From Comamonadaceae bacterium (GTDB lineage: Bacteria; Pseudomonadota; Gammaproteobacteria; Burkholderiales; Burkholderiaceae_C), in contig JAHEBY010000001.1 in NCBI GenBank assembly GCA_024642025.1, forward strand, positions 3,464 to 28,978: a stretch of 25,515 nt of DNA, written 5' to 3'. Shown in pieces: positions 19,620-25,515 of the stretch; the stretch's first letter is position 1, and every line of letters begins with the position of its first letter. The notes below the pieces were generated by a model. That model searched no databases, was not told the origin of the DNA, and was given only the letters and a program-made list of their open reading frames with translations. The translations under genes and the position numbers were made by a program.

Positions 19620-20185
19620 AACGACTCTGCGGTCGTGATGGCTTGCCAGGGGCCGATTGACGTGCCGGTTATGGAGGCCCAGTACCAGGCAGAGGTGTCG
19701 GTGAAGTTCTGGCCAGCCGCATCGGTGATGTGCTCGCACACGCGCAGGTGCTGACCGGCTCGCTCAGCCACAAAGCAGCGCTGCAAACGGTGCTGCCCGA
19801 CCGTAACCAGCTGCTCATCGTGGATTTGATAGCCAATACCCTTGTAGCAATCTGCCGCGGGGTGCAACATGCGGGTGGGCTGTTGCACGGTGCGCACCAC
19901 CATGACCCGCTGCCCGTCGGTCAACCGCGCAATCGTGCCGGGGAATCGCCGCGCGAAGCGGCGTTCGACCTCGCCCAAGGCGAGCGGGCGCATTGGTTGA
20001 CCGTCCCACAAAACGGGCAACTCGGCGCCAGCCTGGGTTGTGATGAGGTTTGCGGGCCTGTTGACGTTTCTGGCCGGGTTTTGAAGTGCTTGGGCAAGCC
20101 CCCAGAGGGCACACAGGGGCAGCACAATGGCCCAAAGGGTTTTGTGCATGACGCGGTTCACAAACCGGTTGTCGAACCAGCTCAT
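19616..20185 (-). CDS. Exosortase-associated EpsI-like periplasmic protein
   Basis: N-terminal TM helix and HPAADCYKGIGY, similar to the EpsI HxPxxCYxxxGF motif. ATGA overlaps with both neighbours when the start is set at 20185. Confidence 0.7.
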   Translation of the reverse strand: MSWFDNRFVNRVMHKTLWAIVLPLCALWGLAQALQNPARNVNRPANLITTQAGAELPVLWDGQPMRPLALGEVERRFARRFPGTIARLTDGQRVMVVRTVQQPTRMLHPAADCYKGIGYQIHDEQLVTVGQHRLQRCFVAERAGQHLRVCEHITDAAGQNFTDTSAWYWASITGTSIGPWQAITTAESL

Positions 20186-21072
20186 AGCACACCACCTATG
20201 CTGAACTGGGGCGAGGGGCGCGACATCACCCACACAATGCCGCAGCACACAACGGCCAGCATCGCCAGACCCACCCCCTCGTGCGCCCAGGCCGGCACCG
20301 TTTGGCCAGACGCGTCAAGTGCAACCAGAATGGTGTTGCGCACCACGTTGCCGGCTAACACCATGGCGCTTGCCAACGGCAGCCGTCGCAAAAACAATCC
20401 GTTGGTGAACCCCGCATGGCGACCCCCGGCATGGATGGCCACCACGCAAGCCGTGAAATAGCCGAACCACACCATTTGGACGCCCGAGCAGGGTGCGTCC
20501 ACAATAATGAGATGGCCATTGACCTGCAGGCTGGTGCCGCTTCGCGTGACCTCATGTTGAACCATCAGCAGCCAGCGACTGAGCTCCGCCGTGAGTACGC
20601 GCAGTGGATAGCCGGCGTAGAACTGCAACGATGCCAGCAGAGGTAGCGACAGCACAGACAGGCCAATGACCGGCACTACGTTCACGCGCGTAGGCAGGAA
20701 GGCGGTCAGGCCCGCCGCCAGCGCAAGCAAGGCAATCAGCGCAGCGGCCAGATCAGGCAACAGGCTGCGTGCGGCAGTCGCCAGAACGGCACCGCACAGT
20801 GCCGTGGCCAGCCAACCCAGGCGTGGTGATGGCCGCAGGGCATACCGATAAGCCCATACCACCGAGCCCAGAGCGGCTAGCGCCAGCAATCCCAGTGGAT
20901 CGTCCGAGCCGTCGGTCATGCGCCGGGCCATCCACCACCAGGTGGGCCACAACGAAACGGTGAGCAGCAGCAGCCACAGCCATTCGGGCGCCGTATCCAC
21001 GCGGATGCCGAAATCGACAACGCGAGGCATCTGCAGCAGGCGGGAAGGTCCGTAGCTTTGAAGGTGCTTCAT
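20182..21072 (-). CDS. xrtQ: Exosortase (probably exosortase Q subtype)
   Basis: Multi-TM protein with the exosortase Cys-Arg-His triad in VDAPCSG, NVVRNT and WAHEGVG; DGSDDPLG motif. The subtype is recalled from similar proteins and needs an HMM check. Start set at ATG 21072, 2 nt after the VIT gene stop. Confidence 0.85.
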   Translation of the reverse strand: MKHLQSYGPSRLLQMPRVVDFGIRVDTAPEWLWLLLLTVSLWPTWWWMARRMTDGSDDPLGLLALAALGSVVWAYRYALRPSPRLGWLATALCGAVLATAARSLLPDLAAALIALLALAAGLTAFLPTRVNVVPVIGLSVLSLPLLASLQFYAGYPLRVLTAELSRWLLMVQHEVTRSGTSLQVNGHLIIVDAPCSGVQMVWFGYFTACVVAIHAGGRHAGFTNGLFLRRLPLASAMVLAGNVVRNTILVALDASGQTVPAWAHEGVGLAMLAVVCCGIVWVMSRPSPQFSIGGVL

Positions 21073-21074
21073 GA

Positions 21075-23126
21075 TCAGGCCGTGTAGCGGTTGACGTTGC
21101 GGGTGTGACGGCGTTCGCGGCGCGCCAGCATGGCCAGCATTGACAGCACCACCAGTACAGCGCCCCATGTTGCCGGCTCGGGCGTGCTGGGGACCTCAGC
21201 CCCCACGGCAAGGTTGCTCACGCCTTGTGGCAGCGGCGACGGCTGGTTCACGCTGGTGCTGTCTTGCGGCGCCGGGTTGCGCACGACCTGGTCTACAGCA
21301 ATGAAGCTGGTGTAGTTGGTGAGCAGGCTGTATTTCAGACCCAGATCGGTGATGCGCTTTGCCCAGGCATCGCCACCCTCAAGGGCCTCCTGGTCAGACA
21401 GGCTGGCGATGCGGTGACGGGCCCAGAGGTGGCGCAGCGCGGCGTTGCCTGTAGTGGCGGTGGCTTCGGCGTCGATGGGCAGGGTTTGCCGGAACGGGCC
21501 GTTGGCATTTTGACCATCCACAATCAGGCTGCCTTTGCCCTCACCGCGCCATTTGCCAAACACGATCACCGGGCGACCGGCCAGTACATCGGGCAACTGG
21601 GCGGGCTCGACGTCGTACACGTCCAGACCTTCAAACCGGGCCTTCACGCTGGTCAGTACGGGTGAATCGATCATGCGGCGAAAGCGTGCCGCCTGCTCCG
21701 CGGCTTCGGACGGCTGCGTGATGATGAATGGCTCGCCCATGCCGGCACGCGCCAGGCCTTCCATCAGATGTCGGTTGACAGATGAGCCAATGCCAAACGA
21801 AAACAGATTTGCTGCAGACAGGTTTTTACGCACCAGTTCAAAGGCTTCCCGCTCCACGGTCACATAGCCGTCGGTTACCACGACCACGGTTCGCGATACA
21901 TCCGTGGCCTTGGGTTCTGCATAAACGCGCTTGAGGGCCGGAATCAGTTCGGTGCTGCCGCCACCACCCATCCGGTCTATGGTGCGAATGGCCAGGTCAA
22001 TATTGGCACGGGTCGCTGGCACCGACTGGGGGTTTAGCAGCCGGTTGCTGCCCGAGAACAGCAACACGTTAAAGGTGTCGCTGGGGCGCAGGTTGCCGAT
22101 CAGTTCGCGAAGCAGGGTCTTCGCCGTGTCCAGCGGAAAGCCGTGCATGGATCCGGATATGTCGACGACAAATATGTAGTCTCGTGGAGAAATGGCTGTT
22201 GCTGAAGGAGCTTTGGGCGGTTCCACCATCGCCAGAAAGAAGTTCTCGTCGGTGCCTTTGTACAGCAGCACGCCCGACTCGATGGCATCGCCCGCCAATC
22301 GGTAGTTCAGAATGAAGTCACGGTTGTTGACGGGCACCACGGTGCTTTTCAGGCTCACCAAAGAGGTGCCGCCCGTCTGCAGCTCGGTGTTGATGTCATG
22401 CGTGTTCGAGTGGATTTCTTTCACCCCGATCGGCGTGGCCAGAGCCACGCGAATGTCGAACGCCGCTGGCGACGCGGTGCCCTGTGGCAGGATGGGCTGG
22501 CTGACCCACGTTGAGCGCGCCTGTGACGATTGCGGGCTGTTGTAGCGTGGCCCCACCACAGTGGGAAAGACAAACTGGTAGTTGCCGTCCGTCGGAACCA
22601 GCAGCTCGGTGTAGCGCAGCTCTACTTTCACGTCGTCACCGGGCAGGATGTTGGCGACGTTCATCTGAAACACGTTGGGCAAATGCTGCTCCAGAAGGGC
22701 GGCGGTCTTGCCTTCCTTTTTTGCCGTGTCGTATTCGATGCGCGCCTGCTGCTTTTCCCTGATCTTCGCGGTGATCAGCCGGTCACCCAGGCGCACGCTC
22801 ATGCCGTGCACAGCCGCCTGTGTGGAGCCGGGGAACACGTATTTCGCTTCAATGGCGCGCTGGCCTTCGTTCTTGTAACGCTGTGTGACGGTCACGTCTG
22901 CAATCACCCCCGAGATGCGCACGTCAACCTGTGTGGACTTCAGCGGCAGCTGGTCTACCGTGGGGTCGTCGCTCTTGATGAAAAAGTAGGGGCTCTCAGT
23001 TTTCAGGCGTGGTGCGTCGCGGTCTTGCGCGTGAGCCGATTCGGCCACCAATGCCACGAAACAAAGTGTGGCCATTCCGGCGGTGGCCAGCCATAGCCAG
23101 CGGGCAGTAAGGTGAGCAGGGAACAT
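21075..23126 (-). CDS. Exported VIT + vWA domain protein with a C-terminal PEP-CTERM-type sorting signal
   Basis: Signal peptide (…AESAHA), VIT domain (VRISGVIADVTVTQRY, AKYVFP, NVFQMNVANI), MIDAS DISGSM..T..TDG, and C-terminal TPEPATW + TM helix + RRERRH. GGAG SD upstream. Confidence 0.92.
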   Translation of the reverse strand: MFPAHLTARWLWLATAGMATLCFVALVAESAHAQDRDAPRLKTESPYFFIKSDDPTVDQLPLKSTQVDVRISGVIADVTVTQRYKNEGQRAIEAKYVFPGSTQAAVHGMSVRLGDRLITAKIREKQQARIEYDTAKKEGKTAALLEQHLPNVFQMNVANILPGDDVKVELRYTELLVPTDGNYQFVFPTVVGPRYNSPQSSQARSTWVSQPILPQGTASPAAFDIRVALATPIGVKEIHSNTHDINTELQTGGTSLVSLKSTVVPVNNRDFILNYRLAGDAIESGVLLYKGTDENFFLAMVEPPKAPSATAISPRDYIFVVDISGSMHGFPLDTAKTLLRELIGNLRPSDTFNVLLFSGSNRLLNPQSVPATRANIDLAIRTIDRMGGGGSTELIPALKRVYAEPKATDVSRTVVVVTDGYVTVEREAFELVRKNLSAANLFSFGIGSSVNRHLMEGLARAGMGEPFIITQPSEAAEQAARFRRMIDSPVLTSVKARFEGLDVYDVEPAQLPDVLAGRPVIVFGKWRGEGKGSLIVDGQNANGPFRQTLPIDAEATATTGNAALRHLWARHRIASLSDQEALEGGDAWAKRITDLGLKYSLLTNYTSFIAVDQVVRNPAPQDSTSVNQPSPLPQGVSNLAVGAEVPSTPEPATWGAVLVVLSMLAMLARRERRHTRNVNRYTA

Positions 23127-23249
23127 GATGCTTTCTCCAGAACAAGCGTGCGACGTTGCACGGTGTCTGTAGCATCGGCGGCGGAAGCGAAGCCAGTTTG
23201 AAGTGGCTGTGCGCTGTTGCGCCTTTTGGAAGGGTAATGGGGAGCCTGG

Positions 23250-23276
23250 GGGAAGGCTGTGTGAAGTCTGAGTGAA
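23250..23276 (-). promoter_or_regulatory. cre-tag (CreB binding site) direct repeats upstream of the VIT operon
   Basis: On the - strand: TTCAC-tcagac-TTCAC-acagcc-TTCCC, at 11-bp periodicity. Matches the E. coli cre-tag TTCACnnnnnnTTCAC. Candidate -10 TACCCT at 23231-23236. Confidence 0.8.
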
Positions 23277-23277
23277 G

Positions 23278-24741
23278 TCACGTCAGTTTGCTTTTGCGCG
23301 GCAGCGACAGCGTGGCCACCACGCCAGGCCCATGGCCCTCAGGCTGGTTGGCGAGGCTGATGCGCCCTCGGTGCAGTTTGGCAATTTCCCTGACGAAAGA
23401 CAGGCCCAGTCCGGTGCTCTTTTTTCTGGAGTGTGGTCGGGCGAGGGAGTAAAATTTTTCGAACACCTTGTCCTGCGCATAGTCTGGAATGCCCGGACCC
23501 TGGTCGAGCACCACAATGTCGGCAGTCCCGTTTCCAACCCGCACGGTCAGCTTGACCACGCCGCCTTCGGGCGAGAAATCCAGCGCATTGTCCAGCAGGT
23601 TGCTCACAGCGCGTCGTATCAGGAACGGATCGCCCTCCACCACTGCGCCCTCGGGCACATCGAGCTCAATGCGCACCTGCCGCAGTGTGGCCTGGCTTTG
23701 TGCCGCGCTTGCCAACTCGGCAAGCATGGTCTTTAGCGCAACGGGCTCCATGTGATCCAGCACCCGGCGGCTCTCCAGCGCGGTGAGCTCCATCATGCGG
23801 TCCACCATTTCCTGAATGCGCTGGGTTTCCCGCTGGATGTTGGCCAGAAACCGCTCGCGCTCGACCTGAGGCATGTCGGCCTCCTGCAGCAGTTCGGCTG
23901 CACCGCGTATGGCCGACAGCGGGCTTTTCACCTCGTGTGTGAGTGTCTGCACATAGTCGGCTACGTAGTTGCGGCCCGCCAATGCGTCGCGCATTTCGTC
24001 GTAAGCGGCCCTGAATAGTGCCAGCGCGTGGCGTACCAGGCGCATTGGATTGAAGCCGCGCTGGGCCCGGACAAACCGCGCATAGTCGGTGATCAGACCA
24101 AATGGCCGCACCAGCCAGGCCGACACGATCACGGCCAGCAGCAACACCGACACCACCGACACCACGCCCACGTAAAGCGTTTTTTCACGTGCTGCTGCAA
24201 CAAACTGGCCAAAGCTCTGCACCGGTTTGCCCAGAGTGACCACGCCAATAATTTCACCGTTGCCGCCGTTCGTCCATCGTACGGGTGCGCCCACATACAT
24301 GACAGACGTGGTGCCGTCACCCAGCACGTCGGCAGATGTGCGGGCACCGTATTCGCCATCCAGCGTCATGCGGACGTCTCGCCATCCAGAGAAGTCTTCT
24401 CCCGTTCCCTGACCCGTGGAGTCAAACAGCACGCGCCCGTTGCGGTCTGTCACATAGGCGCGGAGCTCGATTCGGGTTTTGGTGAGGCTGAAAATTTGCG
24501 CTTTGAACTCGCGCGCATACAGCGACTTGAACAGCGGTTCAAGCCGGGCAGTGTCGATGGCACCATCGCGCACGTCCTGCTCGATCAGCGTGGCCATCAA
24601 GTGTGAGGTTTCGACCAGCGATTCTTCGGCTGACTCTCGATAGCGCGGGTCCAGGTCTGACACCACGCGATACAGCGTGAAGCCGATGCCCGCTGCGTAA
24701 ATCAGCAAAATGCCGAAAAAGATGCGGCTGCGCTTGCTCAA
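23278..24741 (-). CDS. creC: Two-component sensor histidine kinase CreC
   Basis: Two TM segments around a periplasmic domain (YRESAEESLVETS...ELRAYVTD...EYGART), H-box THEVKSP, N-box NLLDNA, DQGPGIP, FEKFYS and STGLGL. TTG start overlaps the creB stop. Confidence 0.93.
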   Translation of the reverse strand: MSKRSRIFFGILLIYAAGIGFTLYRVVSDLDPRYRESAEESLVETSHLMATLIEQDVRDGAIDTARLEPLFKSLYAREFKAQIFSLTKTRIELRAYVTDRNGRVLFDSTGQGTGEDFSGWRDVRMTLDGEYGARTSADVLGDGTTSVMYVGAPVRWTNGGNGEIIGVVTLGKPVQSFGQFVAAAREKTLYVGVVSVVSVLLLAVIVSAWLVRPFGLITDYARFVRAQRGFNPMRLVRHALALFRAAYDEMRDALAGRNYVADYVQTLTHEVKSPLSAIRGAAELLQEADMPQVERERFLANIQRETQRIQEMVDRMMELTALESRRVLDHMEPVALKTMLAELASAAQSQATLRQVRIELDVPEGAVVEGDPFLIRRAVSNLLDNALDFSPEGGVVKLTVRVGNGTADIVVLDQGPGIPDYAQDKVFEKFYSLARPHSRKKSTGLGLSFVREIAKLHRGRISLANQPEGHGPGVVATLSLPRKSKLT

Positions 24742-25484
24742 GTTGGTCTCGATGCCGGCCAGTCTTCGGTAAGCGCGTAGCCGGTGCCGCGCAGGGTGCG
24801 AATGGCGTCTGCGTCCGGCGCGATGGCCTTCAACTTGGCTCGCAGGGTCTTGATGTGGGCATCTACCGTGCGGTCAAAACTGTCGCTGTCGTCATCCCAG
24901 ACTTTGGCCAGCAACTCCTCGCGGCTGAAAACCCGCCCCGGGCGCTGAACCAGCAAGCGCAACACGCCATATTCATAGCGCGAGAGTTCCAGCAGCTGGT
25001 TGTAAAAGCGGATTTGGTGGCGTTCCTCGTCCAGTGCGAACGGTAAAGTAGGTGTGCCGCGCGATGGGGCGGCGGGTGCGGCCAGACCGTTCCCAGGCGC
25101 GGCGCGAGCGCTGCGGCGAAGGATGCTGCGCACGCGGGCCACAAATTCACGGGGCGAAAAGGGCTTGGCAATGTAATCGTCTGCGCCCAGCTCAAGCCCC
25201 ACCACGCGGTCAATTTCGTCACTGCGCGCGGTCAGAAAAAGCATGGGAACGTGCGCGCCACCCGGCAGCGCCTGAAGCCGCTTGAAGAGCTCGAATCCAT
25301 TCAGGTCAGGCAGCCCAACGTCCAACACCGCCAGCGCTGGCGGTTGAGCCGAAAACTCGCGAATCGCATCGTCTGCCGTGCTGCACCACACGGGCGCAAA
25401 GCCGTCGGTAGACAGCACGTATTGCAGCGTGTCTGCAATGCCCGACTCGTCTTCAACCAGGAGGATGCGCGGCTTTTGAACCAT
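24738..25484 (-). CDS. creB: Two-component response regulator CreB (OmpR family)
   Basis: ILLVEDE, LDVGLPD, FLTARSDEIDRVVGLELGADDYIAKPFSPRE, and winged helix RTVDAHIKTLRAKL…RGTGY; adjacent to creC. Confidence 0.95.
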   Translation of the reverse strand: MVQKPRILLVEDESGIADTLQYVLSTDGFAPVWCSTADDAIREFSAQPPALAVLDVGLPDLNGFELFKRLQALPGGAHVPMLFLTARSDEIDRVVGLELGADDYIAKPFSPREFVARVRSILRRSARAAPGNGLAAPAAPSRGTPTLPFALDEERHQIRFYNQLLELSRYEYGVLRLLVQRPGRVFSREELLAKVWDDDSDSFDRTVDAHIKTLRAKLKAIAPDADAIRTLRGTGYALTEDWPASRPT

Positions 25485-25515
25485 GGGCGCTATGGTAACT
25501 GCGGCCCCGGCCGGG

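Noticed and set aside
19730-20461. 243-aa plus-strand ORF (similarly 22530-23096 and 24028-24606)
   Set aside because: Antisense shadows of the exosortase, VIT and creC genes.

Overview
Chromosomal origin region of a betaproteobacterium; the ribosomal and replication proteins look Comamonadaceae-like (inferred from sequence style, not a database search). Left part (1-7045) is the conserved yidC-yidD-rnpA-rpmH / dnaA-dnaN-gyrB block. It has DnaA boxes upstream of dnaA and a candidate oriC between dnaA and dnaN (DnaA boxes, a (CTA)4 DnaA-trio-like tract and an AT-rich stretch). The middle part (7058-18310) holds housekeeping and accessory genes: SelO/YdiU, class I DAHP synthase, a CBS protein, a 93-aa hypothetical, two tandem NERD paralogs with eroded catalytic motifs, a small beta-barrel-like ORF, a GGDEF cyclase, NnrU, DUF2788, DUF2189, a Cys-less glutaredoxin-like protein, a Spy/CpxP protein, and a DUF2892 gene with a perfect CRP-type operator next to a Crp/Fnr regulator. 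The right part (18339-25484) is the most interesting. creB-creC is followed by a perfect cre-tag direct repeat and then a tightly coupled four-gene operon: a VIT-vWA protein with a PEP-CTERM tail, an exosortase, an EpsI-like protein and a peptidoglycan transglycosylase. No rRNA, tRNA, CRISPR array or transposase was recognised. Several start codons are revised from the ORF track, and rpmH and the yidC fragment were added by manual translation.
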